64,000 nt of DNA from an uncultured Collinsella sp. (GCA_900751755.1 CAADSP010000075.1:13916-77915), one strand, 5' to 3'. Counted from the first letter of the stretch, positions 40,125 to 49,865 are shown. A program made the numbers and translations. Notes: generated from the letters alone by a model not told the origin.

Positions 40125-40151
40125 GTTACGCGGTTTTCCAAACCGCGTAAC
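40125..40151 (+). repeat. Stop-codon-proximal palindrome GTTACGCGGTTT-tcc-AAACCGCGTAAC (copy 1)
   Basis: Perfect 12-bp stem starting 4 nt after the ettA stop. A related copy lies 3' of dapH at 49866..49896. Confidence 0.7.
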
Positions 40152-40292
40152 TGCTCGACGCTGCGCGGGCCGCAAGCACCCCATCTTGCCGTTCAAGCCG
40201 TCGCTCGCGTACCGAAGTACGCGTCGCTCCTCTTTCACGGCAACCTGGGGCACTTGCGGCCCGCTCGCTGTTGGTTACGCAACATCAACAAA

Positions 40293-40334
40293 TAAAAACG
40301 GCTCAAATCCTGATTTGGATTTGAGTCGTTTGTC
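40293..40334. terminator. Bidirectional terminator between ettA and the convergent gene
   Basis: AAAAACGGCTCAAATCC-tgat-GGATTTGAGTCGTTTG. Confidence 0.75.
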
Positions 40335-40335
40335 G

Positions 40336-41637
40336 TTACTGCTCGGGTTCTTCGACTTTATCGATGGCCCAGGTGGATCCGAGGCCACCGGTGGTATTGC
40401 GGCGGATGCGCACGGCAACCTCGCGGCGCTCGCCGGCCTGCGTGTAGCGCAGGGGGAAGCTTGCGCGGTTTCGCGCGGCCTCGATGGTACCGCGCTCGCG
40501 GGCGATCCAGTAGTACTCGCCGACAATGCCGAGGGTATCGGCGCCGTAGGGGAGATAGGTCGACAGCTGGTGCAGAAGCGGGCCGGGGCAGAAGACCTCG
40601 GTTGCGAAATCGATGGGGAAGTCCTCGGGGATGGTCGGTGCTGCGGGTGCGGGGGTTGGTGCCATCGCCGGTGCGGAGGCCCGCTCATTGACGGGTGTCA
40701 CCTCGATGACGGGCGCGGGTTCGGTGCCGAGTACTGATTCGGTGTCCGCTTTCGGCATCGCCGCGGAATCTGCGGGCTTGTCGATGGCGGGTGCGTCTGC
40801 GGTCGCGGTGTCGAGCTCGACTTGCGGAGCGCTCTGATTCTCGACGCTCGGCTTTACCTCGATGGGCGTGGATGCCATGGTGGTGATGCCGGCGTTGGCG
40901 TTCTCGGGGTCATAGACGACCGTGAGCGAGATGGCGGGCTGCGGCGTCTCGGGCTCCGGCGCCGACTCGGTAGCGTCTTGATTTGCGGGCTCGTCGGACT
41001 GATCGTCCTCGGCCTCGTTGCCAAAGACATCGCTGTTTTGGAACGCAGGCGTCTCGGGTTGGTCAGCAGCTTCTTTGGTTGTCGACTTGGGAGCCTCGTT
41101 GAGCTCCACAGTGGCTTCCTGCTCGGATATGTCTTTGAGATCGGTCGTGGCGGCGATTTCGGTTTCGGCTTCTGCCGTTACCTCAATAGCGACTTCGATC
41201 TCTGTCTCGGGCTCGGGTTCCGGCGCGGCTTCAACCATGGTTTCTGGCTCGGTGCGCTTAACGTGCTTGGGGCGCACGGCCTTGAGGTCCTTCTCACCGC
41301 GCTTTTTCTTTTTGTAGGACTGCTTGGCGCCCTTGGCGGTCTTGGGCTTGTCCTCGCCCTTGGCAAGTGCGGCATCCCAGGCCTCGTTGGCGATGACGGT
41401 GGCATACAGGCGGCCGCCCTTAAAGACAGTCAGTTTAATGCAGTCGTCGAGTTCCTCGAGCAACTCGCGCGTGGACTCGAAGCCCAGGTCATAAGCGGTC
41501 ATGTCGCCAGCGGCGAGCGCCTCTTCGACCTGCGTCATAAACGTTTGCTTGCCGCATCCAATCGCATCGCGCAGCAGGCGATACAGATAGATGTGGTTGC
41601 CCAGCGAAAGCGTGGGCCTAACTATTGTCTTGCTCAT
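40336..41637 (-). CDS. Hypothetical protein with a long acidic E/P/T/A-rich linker and a conserved C-terminal domain (DUF3825-like?)
   Basis: GAGGAG RBS. 434 aa. N-terminal folded domain, roughly 250 aa of low complexity, then a C-terminal domain (WIARERG...). Confidence 0.55.
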   Translation of the reverse strand: MSKTIVRPTLSLGNHIYLYRLLRDAIGCGKQTFMTQVEEALAAGDMTAYDLGFESTRELLEELDDCIKLTVFKGGRLYATVIANEAWDAALAKGEDKPKTAKGAKQSYKKKKRGEKDLKAVRPKHVKRTEPETMVEAAPEPEPETEIEVAIEVTAEAETEIAATTDLKDISEQEATVELNEAPKSTTKEAADQPETPAFQNSDVFGNEAEDDQSDEPANQDATESAPEPETPQPAISLTVVYDPENANAGITTMASTPIEVKPSVENQSAPQVELDTATADAPAIDKPADSAAMPKADTESVLGTEPAPVIEVTPVNERASAPAMAPTPAPAAPTIPEDFPIDFATEVFCPGPLLHQLSTYLPYGADTLGIVGEYYWIARERGTIEAARNRASFPLRYTQAGERREVAVRIRRNTTGGLGSTWAIDKVEEPEQ

Positions 41638-41777
41638 GGCAAATCTCCTCTTTACACATGTAAAGCATCTTACCATCGCATGGCGTTCGCCATGGCGGCG
41701 CCCAAGGCAAACGGGCGCGAACCGCTTTCGATTCGCGCCCGTTGTACAGGTCGGTTATCTATGAGAGGCAAACGTGC

Positions 41778-42731
41778 TTAGTTGCCCGATGCCGTGCCTT
41801 GGCTCGAGTTGTCAGATGCCGTGCCGGAAGCGGTTCCGCTCGAGCTGTTGGTGTTGTTACTGTCTGCCGTGCCCGTTCCCGACGTGGTGTCGCTCATCTG
41901 GCCTCCCGTGTTCGGCTGTGAACCGTCAGTCGTTTGGCTTGAGTCGGTCGTGCCGGACGGCGTGCCACTGTTGGCCGTAGAGGAATCGGTGCCCTGCGAT
42001 TGGTTTTGGGTGTTCGAGGACGAATTGGCAGAGGTAGGACTGTCTTGCGTGTCGTCCGTCTGTGCCTGCTGATCCTGCGGCTGAGTGTTGCCATTTGCAT
42101 CGCTCTCGGTCGTGCGCGACGACAGGATTGGCTCGGGACGCTCGCCCAGACCCTCACCGGCAGTGGTGATAAGGATGGCGCCGGCGCAGGCGATGACCGC
42201 GACGATGGCGATGGCGATCGAGAAGACGATGACCTTCTTTTGTGTCTGGCTGCGCTCTGCCGCCGCCTTGGCGCGCAGACTGTTGGGGGCGACGCGCGCC
42301 GTGGTCGCGCGTCCCGCAACCTGGCGCATCTCCTGCGTGGTCGCGGCGCCACCTAGGTGCTCCTCGACATCGGGCTCAACGGGCTCGTAGGCGCCGGCAG
42401 GGTAGTCGACAGCGGCATGCGTGCCCTTGATTGCTTCGGCGCTGGCGGAGATAAAGTGGCGATAGACCTGCGAGGACACAACAGTGATGACTGAGCTCAC
42501 AGCGGCACCAATCACCGAGCCGGCAATGCCGATCTTTGAAGCAAGCGCCACGCTCGTGGCGGCAGCTGCGGCGCCGGCGATGATCTGGGGAATGGAAATG
42601 TCGTCGAACAGGCCCTTTTTGGGCGCGATGGCCATGGTCTGTCCAATGGAATGGTTTTCGTGTACGCCGTTGTTGAGCGATGCCGGCGTCATGACGCGCG
42701 TGCGCGGCGCGTCGGTGTACTTGGTTGTCAT
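41778..42731 (-). CDS. Membrane protein with a Ser/Thr/Asn/Gln-rich extracellular tail
   Basis: GGGAGGA RBS. Two long hydrophobic segments. A C-terminal disordered tail of about 130 aa. Confidence 0.55.
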   Translation of the reverse strand: MTTKYTDAPRTRVMTPASLNNGVHENHSIGQTMAIAPKKGLFDDISIPQIIAGAAAAATSVALASKIGIAGSVIGAAVSSVITVVSSQVYRHFISASAEAIKGTHAAVDYPAGAYEPVEPDVEEHLGGAATTQEMRQVAGRATTARVAPNSLRAKAAAERSQTQKKVIVFSIAIAIVAVIACAGAILITTAGEGLGERPEPILSSRTTESDANGNTQPQDQQAQTDDTQDSPTSANSSSNTQNQSQGTDSSTANSGTPSGTTDSSQTTDGSQPNTGGQMSDTTSGTGTADSNNTNSSSGTASGTASDNSSQGTASGN

Positions 42732-42934
42732 ACGGGGTCCTCCCGGTGTAAATCTGCTTCGTTTCGTGTAGCCATCAGGGTACCCACCAGATGTGAATCG
42801 TACGTGACATTTAACAGATACCATCAACTCATCAATTGCTCACCAAGTTGGTGGGATGCGGTTCCACCCGGCGGTTGAACTACAATAGGACTTGCTAATT
42901 GTTGTGAATGGCGTCTACGCACGGGAGCATTCTT

Positions 42935-44914
42935 ATGAATCTTCACCTTTCTCAGTCTGATGGCTTTTTGCGTGTGGCGGCGGCGTCGCCGCAGATTCGC
43001 GTGGCCGATGTCGAGGGCAATGCCGAGGTTGCGCTGGCGGCTGTTCGCGATGCTGCCGGGCGTGGCGTTCGCGCGTTGGTGTTGCCCGAGCTTAATCTGA
43101 CTGGCTATACCGCGGCCGATCTGTTCCATAACCGCACACTGCTGCATGCCTGCGAGGCTGCTCTGGTGCATATCCTCGATGAAACCCGTGAGCTGCCGAT
43201 CGTCTTTACCATCGGTCTTCCCGTTGCGGTTGCCGAGAATATCTACAACTGTGCCGCCGTGTGCTGGGCGGGCGAGCTTTTGGGCCTCACGGCCAAGAAG
43301 TATCTGCCCAACTATGGCGAGTTCTATGAGCGTCGCTGGTTTGCTCCGTCGCCTGCGGATCCCGTGTGGGTTGAATTTGCCGGTCAGGGTCCGGTTCCGC
43401 TGGGTTCGGGGCTTGTCTACCGCTGCTGTGATGAGGGTGCCGAGGATATGGTGCTGGGCGTTGAAGTCTGCGAGGACCTGTGGGTGCCGGCGCCCCCTTC
43501 GACCGAGATGGCGCTTGCCGGTGCGACGGTGATTCTCAACCCGTCGGCCTCGGACGAGATTATCGGTAAGGCAGATTACCGCCGCAGCCTTATCTCCAAT
43601 CAGAGCGCGCGCCTGTACTGCGCCTATGCCTACGCGGACGCGAGCGAGGGCGAGTCCACGACCGACATGGTCTTTGCGGGTGAGAACCTCGTCTACGAAA
43701 ACGGCTCCAAGCTCGCCGCGACCAAACTGCTTACCTGCGATATGGCCATCGCCGACGTTGACCTTGACCGCCTGGTTGCCGAGCGCCGTCGCTCGACGAC
43801 GTGGACGCGCACCGACGATGCGCCGGAATCCGCGACCGTTGAGTTTTCGTTTGAGGGCGTACTGGCCGAAGAACCTGTCCTGCGCGATGCGCTCGGCATA
43901 GACCGTGTCTTCCCCCGCGCGCCCTTCGTGCCTGCCGACCATGGTGACCTGGCTGAGCGCTGCGAGACCATCCTCGACCTGCAGACCGCGGGCCTCAAGA
44001 CCCGCCTTGCCCATACGGGCACCAAGGCGGCCGTTATCGGCCTTTCGGGCGGTCTCGATTCCACGCTGGCGCTGCTTGTGACCGTGCGTGCCTTCGATGC
44101 ACTGGGGCTGCCGCGCACTGGTATCACAGCCGTGTCCATGCCCGGCTTCGGCACGACGCATCGCACCAAGTCGAATGCCGAGTCGCTCGCTCGCGACCTG
44201 GGTGTGAGCTTCCGCGAGGTTTCGATCCACGCGGCTGTGGAGCAGCACTTCAAGGACATTGAGCATGATCCAGCTGTGCAGGACGTGACCTACGAGAACA
44301 GCCAGGCGCGCGAGCGTACGCAGATTCTGATGGATCTGGCCAACCAGGCTGGCGGTTTTGTCATTGGCACGGGCGACCTGTCGGAGCTGGCGCTCGGCTG
44401 GGCTACCTATAACGGCGACCACATGAGCATGTACGCCGTCAACGCGAGCGTGCCCAAGACGCTTGTGCGCCATCTGGTGCGCTATGCCGCCGATGTCTTT
44501 GGCGGGCGCATTGCCGAGGTCTTGCTCGATATCCTCGATACGCCGGTGTCCCCCGAGCTTCTGCCGCCCACGGGCGACGGCGAGATTGCGCAGAAGACCG
44601 AGGATTTGGTGGGCCCGTACGAGTTGCACGACTACTTCCTCTACTACCTGCTGCGTTTTGGCTTTGAGCCGGGCAAGATCTACCGCATGGCGCTCAAGAG
44701 CTTCGAGGGCGTCTACGACGCCAAGACCGTCCACACGTGGCTACGTACGTTCTACCGTCGCTTCTTTGCCCAGCAGTTTAAGCGCAGCTGCCTGCCCGAT
44801 GGTCCCAAGGTGGGCTCGGTGACGCTCAGCCCGCGCGGCGATTGGCGTATGCCGAGTGACGCTAGCTCGCGTCTGTGGCTTGCGCAGATCGATGCGCTCA
44901 ATCCAGTTGACTAA
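42935..44914 (+). CDS. nadE: Glutamine-dependent NAD+ synthetase (CN-hydrolase plus NAD synthase domains)
   Basis: N-terminal nitrilase domain, then SGGLDS P-loop. 659 aa. Confidence 0.9.
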   Translation: MNLHLSQSDGFLRVAAASPQIRVADVEGNAEVALAAVRDAAGRGVRALVLPELNLTGYTAADLFHNRTLLHACEAALVHILDETRELPIVFTIGLPVAVAENIYNCAAVCWAGELLGLTAKKYLPNYGEFYERRWFAPSPADPVWVEFAGQGPVPLGSGLVYRCCDEGAEDMVLGVEVCEDLWVPAPPSTEMALAGATVILNPSASDEIIGKADYRRSLISNQSARLYCAYAYADASEGESTTDMVFAGENLVYENGSKLAATKLLTCDMAIADVDLDRLVAERRRSTTWTRTDDAPESATVEFSFEGVLAEEPVLRDALGIDRVFPRAPFVPADHGDLAERCETILDLQTAGLKTRLAHTGTKAAVIGLSGGLDSTLALLVTVRAFDALGLPRTGITAVSMPGFGTTHRTKSNAESLARDLGVSFREVSIHAAVEQHFKDIEHDPAVQDVTYENSQARERTQILMDLANQAGGFVIGTGDLSELALGWATYNGDHMSMYAVNASVPKTLVRHLVRYAADVFGGRIAEVLLDILDTPVSPELLPPTGDGEIAQKTEDLVGPYELHDYFLYYLLRFGFEPGKIYRMALKSFEGVYDAKTVHTWLRTFYRRFFAQQFKRSCLPDGPKVGSVTLSPRGDWRMPSDASSRLWLAQIDALNPVD

Positions 44915-45032
44915 GGTTGGCTAAATTGAACCAATACGGGGGTTGCAAGCGTTACACTTTTGCAATCTGATGGCCCGTATCGCGCGGCGCTCTTGTCGGA
45001 GCGCCGCGTTTTTCATATCGAAAGGTGGCACC

Positions 45033-46196
45033 ATGCAGGCATCGCAGCGTCTCGACCGCTTTGGCGCGGAGGTCTTCGCCTCGCTCAACAACAAGCTTCT
45101 CGCGCTGAAGGCTCAGGGCAAGACCATTTACAACATGAGCGTGGGCACGCCCGATTTTAAGCCGTACGACCATGTGGTCGAGGCGCTCACGCAGGCAGCC
45201 CAAGATCCCGAGATGTGGAAGTATGCCCTGCGCGACCTGCCCGAACTCAAGCAGGCCGTGTGCGATTACTATGAGCGTCGCTTTGGCGTTTCGGGCATTA
45301 CGCCGTCTATGGTGCAGTCGTGCAACGGCACGCAGGAGGGCGTGGGCCATTTGGGCCTGGCCCTGCTCGATCCGGGTGACACCATTCTGGTTCCCGATCC
45401 GTGTTACCCGGTCTTTGAGGCGGGCGCCAAGATCGCCGATGCCAAGCTCGAGTACTATCCGTTGGTTGCCGAGCATAATTACCTGCCCTATGTGGCGGGT
45501 ATCGATCCCGAGGTGGCCGATCGTGCCAAGTATATGATCGTGTCGCTGCCCGCGAACCCGGTCGGCTCGGTGGGCACGCCCGAGGTCTACGAGGAGATTA
45601 TCGCCTTTGCCCGCGAGCATGATCTGTTGATCGTTCATGACAACGCGTACTCCGACATCGTGTTTGACGGTGAGCCGGGTGGCAGCTTCCTGCAGTACCC
45701 CGGTGCGCTCGAGGTGGGCGTGGAGTTCTTCTCGCTCTCCAAGTCGTTTAACGTCACCGGCGCGCGCATCGGCTTTTTGGTCGGTCGCGAGGATGTGGTC
45801 TCGGCCTTTGCCAAGCTGCGCGGCCAGATCGACTTCGGCATGTTCTTCCCGATCCAGAAGGCCGCCATCGCCTGTCTGAACGGTCCGCGCGATGAGGTCG
45901 AGGCGCAGCGTCTGAAGTACCAGGAGCGCCGCGATGCCCTGTGCGACGGTCTTGAGGGCCTGGGCTGGGGGCGTCCCAACGCGCATGGCTCTATGTTTGT
46001 GTGGGCCAAGCTTCCCGGTGGCCGCACCGATTCCATGGCGTTTTGCGAGGAGCTCATGGAGAAGGCCGGCGTTGTGGTGACGCCGGGCGCGAGTTTTGGT
46101 CCTTCGGGCGAGGGACACGTGCGCATGGCGCTGGTCCTACCGCCCGATCAGATCGCTTTGGCTGTCGAGGCCATTCGCGAGGCGGGCCTGTATTAG
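45033..46196 (+). CDS. Class I/II PLP-dependent aminotransferase (LL-DAP / aspartate aminotransferase-like)
   Basis: SLSKSFNVTGARIGF PLP-lysine region. 387 aa. Confidence 0.8.
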   Translation: MQASQRLDRFGAEVFASLNNKLLALKAQGKTIYNMSVGTPDFKPYDHVVEALTQAAQDPEMWKYALRDLPELKQAVCDYYERRFGVSGITPSMVQSCNGTQEGVGHLGLALLDPGDTILVPDPCYPVFEAGAKIADAKLEYYPLVAEHNYLPYVAGIDPEVADRAKYMIVSLPANPVGSVGTPEVYEEIIAFAREHDLLIVHDNAYSDIVFDGEPGGSFLQYPGALEVGVEFFSLSKSFNVTGARIGFLVGREDVVSAFAKLRGQIDFGMFFPIQKAAIACLNGPRDEVEAQRLKYQERRDALCDGLEGLGWGRPNAHGSMFVWAKLPGGRTDSMAFCEELMEKAGVVVTPGASFGPSGEGHVRMALVLPPDQIALAVEAIREAGLY

Positions 46197-46222
46197 AAAC
46201 CTATTTCGACTCGTCAATAGCT

Positions 46223-46236
46223 CGAAACCGATTTCG
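46223..46236 (+). promoter_or_regulatory. Palindrome CGAAACCGATTTCG in the ldh leader (Rex/cre-like half-sites)
   Basis: TTCGA...TCGAAA nested inverted repeats lie 170 nt upstream of ldh. They resemble GAAA-N4-TTTC operator cores. Confidence 0.3.
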
Positions 46237-46397
46237 CGCAGTTATTTTACGAATACTGCAAACAATTTCGGTAAACGGTCGATTTTTGGCTGCGAATAGG
46301 GGCATAATCAAAGTCCCGATTGGATGTATTGGGATTACGACAAGCCGCTCGGGTCGTTCCCGGGCGGCTTGTTTGTGGAGAGAGATGGGAGTTTCTA

Positions 46398-47348
46398 ATG
46401 GTTAACGAGAAGAAGGTCGCTATTGTCGGCTGCGGTTTCGTCGGTTCGTCTTCGGCGTTCGCACTGATGCAGAGTGGTCTGTTCTCCGAGATGGTCCTCA
46501 TCGACGTGGACAAGAACCGTGCCGAGGGTGAGGCCCTGGATATCGCGCACGGCATGACGTTTGCCGAGCCGATGAAGATCTACGCCGGCGATTATTCCGA
46601 TGTCGCCGACGCCGCCATGATCGTCGTCACTGCTGGCGCTGCCCAGAAGCCCGGTGAGACCCGCCTGGACCTGGTCAACAAGAACGTCAGCATCTTCAAG
46701 TCCATTATTCCCGAGATTAAGAAGTCCGGCTTCGACGGCATTCTGCTAATCGTCTCCAACCCGGTCGATGTTCTGACCTACGCCGCCATCAAGATGTCCG
46801 GCCTGCCCGAGGGCCACGTCATCGGTTCCGGCACCGTGCTCGACACCGGCCGCCTGCAGCAGATGCTTGGTGCCCACGTCGAGGTTGACCCGCGCGATGT
46901 CCAGGCCTATGTCATGGGCGAGCACGGTGACTCCGAGTTTGTCGCTTGGTCCAGCGCTCAGGTTGCTGGCGTTCCGCTGAACACCTTCTGTGAGCTTCAC
47001 GGCCACCTGGAGCATGAGGCTGCCGAGAAGCGCATCGCCGAGGACGTCAAGAACTCCGCCTACACCATCATCGAGAAGAAGCACGCCACCTACTATGGCG
47101 TCGCCATGGCCGTCAAGCGCATCTGCACCGCCGTTATGCGCGATGAGCAGACCGTTCTGCCTGTCTCCTCGCTCATGGTGGGCGAGTATGGCCTGTCCGA
47201 TCTTGCCATCTCCATGCCGACCGTCGTTGGCCGCGACGGCGTTGTCTGCCGCGTCCCCGTGCCGCTGAACGATGACGAGCAGCATGAGCTCACCGTCTCC
47301 GCCAAGGCCCTCAAGGACATCATCGACAGCGTCGATTTCTCCTGCTAA
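46398..47348 (+). CDS. ldh: L-lactate dehydrogenase
   Basis: KVAIVGCGFVGSS Rossmann motif. LDH active-site motifs (IGSGTVLDTGR, GEHGDS). Confidence 0.9.
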   Translation: MVNEKKVAIVGCGFVGSSSAFALMQSGLFSEMVLIDVDKNRAEGEALDIAHGMTFAEPMKIYAGDYSDVADAAMIVVTAGAAQKPGETRLDLVNKNVSIFKSIIPEIKKSGFDGILLIVSNPVDVLTYAAIKMSGLPEGHVIGSGTVLDTGRLQQMLGAHVEVDPRDVQAYVMGEHGDSEFVAWSSAQVAGVPLNTFCELHGHLEHEAAEKRIAEDVKNSAYTIIEKKHATYYGVAMAVKRICTAVMRDEQTVLPVSSLMVGEYGLSDLAISMPTVVGRDGVVCRVPVPLNDDEQHELTVSAKALKDIIDSVDFSC

Positions 47349-47379
47349 ATCAAGCTCGCTAGAGCGAAAAGCTACAATG

Positions 47380-47416
47380 AAGGCGTCCGGGTCCACACGG
47401 CCCGGGCGCCTTTTGG
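47380..47416 (+). terminator. Intrinsic terminator after ldh
   Basis: AAGGCGTCCGGG-9 nt-CCCGGGCGCCTTTTGG. Confidence 0.8.
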
Positions 47417-47445
47417 TGCAAAGTAACCTGACCCCAATGCACCAT
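47413..47445 (+). repeat. Palindromic element TTGGTGCA-N17-TGCACCA, copy 1 (upstream of DUF2974 gene)
   Basis: Near-identical to 48638..48671, including the loop core AACCTG(A/T)CCCC. Confidence 0.7.
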
Positions 47446-47474
47446 CCCAATACACCATAGTTGATGGGAGGGCC

Positions 47475-48635
47475 ATGTCGGATTCGCCTAATTTTTTGAC
47501 CTATGCTCAGACGGCGTTTGATCCGTTTGAGGAGCGGCCGTTCTGCGCGGTGGACAGCCTGGTCTTTGCGTGGTTGTCCTATTTGCGTTTGCCGGGTGAT
47601 ATGGCGGAGCTGACGAACTGGCAGGGCCTGGACGTACGCGAGCTGCTGCGTGCCGAGTGCTATCGGGACATGATTGACGACTTGTGGGATCCAGAGGGGA
47701 GCAGGGCCTTGTTGGAGGCCGTGGCAGCAAGTCCTCGCTACCGTGGCGTGCACGTTTGCGGCTATCGTGCTGTGAGCGATATGGTGGCGACGGAGCAGTT
47801 TGCAGCCATGGCGTTCCGGTTTCCGGCGGGGTTTAGTTATCTTTCCTTCCGGGGGACCGATAGTACGATTGTGGGCTGGAAAGAAGACTTTAACATGGCG
47901 TTCCGGTGTCCTGTGCCGGCCCAGGAATCCGCGGCACGTTATGTGGACGAGGCGGCGGATGCGATTGGCGGGCCGCTTTTGTGCGGGGGTCATTCCAAGG
48001 GTGGAAACCTTGCGGTGTACGGTGCAGCGATGTGCTCCGATGTTGCCCGTGAACGAATCGAACGGGCGTATTCCCATGATGGCCCGGGCTTCGTCGAGGA
48101 GTTTCTGAACGGCAACGCCTTTGCCGATCTTTCCGGTCGAATCGACAAGACGCTACCTCGGTCGTCGATCTTTGGCATGATGTTCGAGACACAGGAGGAC
48201 TATGCCATCGTTGAGAGCACCGAGTTCAGCCTGCTGCAGCACAATCCCTTTAGCTGGGTGGTTGATGGTCACGACTTCGTGTACTGTGAGCGCCTGTCTG
48301 CCGGTGCTCGATACGTTGATGGTTCCATTCGTGAGATGCTGCTTGCAGTGTCGCCTAGCGAACGCGAGCGTTTTGTAGATGCGTTGTTCTCCGTGTTTGA
48401 GGCTACGGGTGCTGAGCGGTTTGCGGATATCGCTGGGAATCTGCGCGAGAGCCTGCCCGTGATGCTCCAGGCTGCGCAAGGCTTTGACGAGGATACACGA
48501 CGCTTTGTCTCGCAGACCATCGTTGCGATTCTTAAGTGTGCGCTGCTGCCCAAACGACCCCAGATCGACGTGCCCGCTGCCGGCAAGAGTTTGGCAGAAC
48601 AGCTCGAGGCTTGGCAGTCCGAGCTCCTGCGCTAA
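47475..48635 (+). CDS. Mbeg1-like/DUF2974 family predicted alpha/beta hydrolase (lipase-like)
   Basis: GGGAGG RBS. GHSKGG nucleophile-elbow motif. 386 aa. Confidence 0.7.
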   Translation: MSDSPNFLTYAQTAFDPFEERPFCAVDSLVFAWLSYLRLPGDMAELTNWQGLDVRELLRAECYRDMIDDLWDPEGSRALLEAVAASPRYRGVHVCGYRAVSDMVATEQFAAMAFRFPAGFSYLSFRGTDSTIVGWKEDFNMAFRCPVPAQESAARYVDEAADAIGGPLLCGGHSKGGNLAVYGAAMCSDVARERIERAYSHDGPGFVEEFLNGNAFADLSGRIDKTLPRSSIFGMMFETQEDYAIVESTEFSLLQHNPFSWVVDGHDFVYCERLSAGARYVDGSIREMLLAVSPSERERFVDALFSVFEATGAERFADIAGNLRESLPVMLQAAQGFDEDTRRFVSQTIVAILKCALLPKRPQIDVPAAGKSLAEQLEAWQSELLR

Positions 48636-48637
48636 CC

Positions 48638-48671
48638 ATTGGTGCAAGCAACCTGTCCCCGATGCACCAAT
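48638..48671 (+). repeat. Palindromic element ATTGGTGCA-N16-TGCACCAAT, copy 2 (2 nt after the DUF2974 stop)
   Basis: See 47413..47445. Confidence 0.7.
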
Positions 48672-48745
48672 CTTCGAAGCGCCTGGGGCGGGCTCGACCG
48701 CTATACTGATTCGTGCCGAAATCGATCTAGAACGGAATGCCGTAT

Positions 48746-49750
48746 ATGAAAATCAATCACGCGATTCTGCATATCCTGGACTTTGACTCTGCCGTCAACG
48801 TCATGAGCCAGCGAGAGCTCGATATCGAGAGCCGTACCGTGCGCAACTTCGTGACCACGCATCTGCGCCGCGCACGCACCTCGGCCGACAATAAACGCGC
48901 CACGTTTGCCGAGAACTCCGCATTCGGCGGCGAGCTCAAGGGCTATTTCTTTGGTGAGCGCGAGTTCGTGGACCTGTCGCAGCAGATTGCGGAGTTTATC
49001 TCCTCCGAGCTCGCCAAAGCCGAGAAAGCTGAGTCCACCGACGTGCTCGTGGCTGATTTTGACGACGATGAGGATGCCCGCTGGTTTGCCGTGATGCTGC
49101 TGGGCTCCAAGCAGGCTTTTATGCACGAAGTGGGCCGCGAGGAGGGGGAGGTGCGCAACGACATCGCGCGCCACTACGCCATTCTGCCGAACCCCTCGCA
49201 AAAGGTGCCGAGCTATGCCATCGTGCGCGCGAGCACCATGGAGATCGGCTATGTGGACAAGAAACGCAAGATCGCCGGCGAGGACCGTATGCTTATCCCC
49301 GATGGCCTGCTGCAGTGCGACACGGGCGTATCGGGCAAGGAGGTCATCGACACCGTGACGCGTGTGGTCGAGGAAGTCGCCGAGGAGCACGGTGCCAATA
49401 CGGCCGTAGCGCTCGCCAAGGTTAAGGCTGCTGTTGCCGAGAAGGTCGAGGATGACGAGGAGCTGCCGCCTTGGGATATCGTCGACGAGGTCTTTGAGGA
49501 CGAACCGGTTATCAAGGAGAGCGTGCGCGCGGCACTGACCGAGGAGAAGGTGCCTGAGCGTGTGCCCGTGGAGCGCAAGCAGGTCGAACGCGCGGCGGTG
49601 CGCAATCACAAGATTCGTACCGACACGGGTATCGAGATCAGCTTCCCGGCAGAGATGGGTTCGAATTCCGAGTACATTGAGTTCGTCAATGAGCCTAACG
49701 GCCTCATCTCCATCGAGCTCAAAAATATCGGTAGCATCGAGAATCGATAA
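48746..49750 (+). CDS. Nucleoid-associated protein NdpA/YejK family
   Basis: N-terminus MKINHAILHILDFDS resembles YejK (MSLDINQIALHQL...). About 335 aa with an acidic C-terminus. The start could be 48737. Confidence 0.55.
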   Translation: MKINHAILHILDFDSAVNVMSQRELDIESRTVRNFVTTHLRRARTSADNKRATFAENSAFGGELKGYFFGEREFVDLSQQIAEFISSELAKAEKAESTDVLVADFDDDEDARWFAVMLLGSKQAFMHEVGREEGEVRNDIARHYAILPNPSQKVPSYAIVRASTMEIGYVDKKRKIAGEDRMLIPDGLLQCDTGVSGKEVIDTVTRVVEEVAEEHGANTAVALAKVKAAVAEKVEDDEELPPWDIVDEVFEDEPVIKESVRAALTEEKVPERVPVERKQVERAAVRNHKIRTDTGIEISFPAEMGSNSEYIEFVNEPNGLISIELKNIGSIENR

Positions 49751-49865
49751 GTTGCGTTGCGCCTACAGCGAGAAAGCAAAGGCCGAAGCCCTTCGGGACT
49801 TCGGCCTTTTTTGTTTTCGGCTTGGTTGCTGACATTGCGCCGCAGGTTGGGCATACGTCAGCGAA

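Noticed and set aside
38271-40253. 660-aa minus-strand ORF, plus the 236-aa and 112-aa overlapping plus-strand ORFs
   Set aside because: Antisense or alternate frames of ettA, whose ABC-F sequence is unambiguous.
42824-44734. 636-aa minus-strand ORF
   Set aside because: Antisense of nadE.
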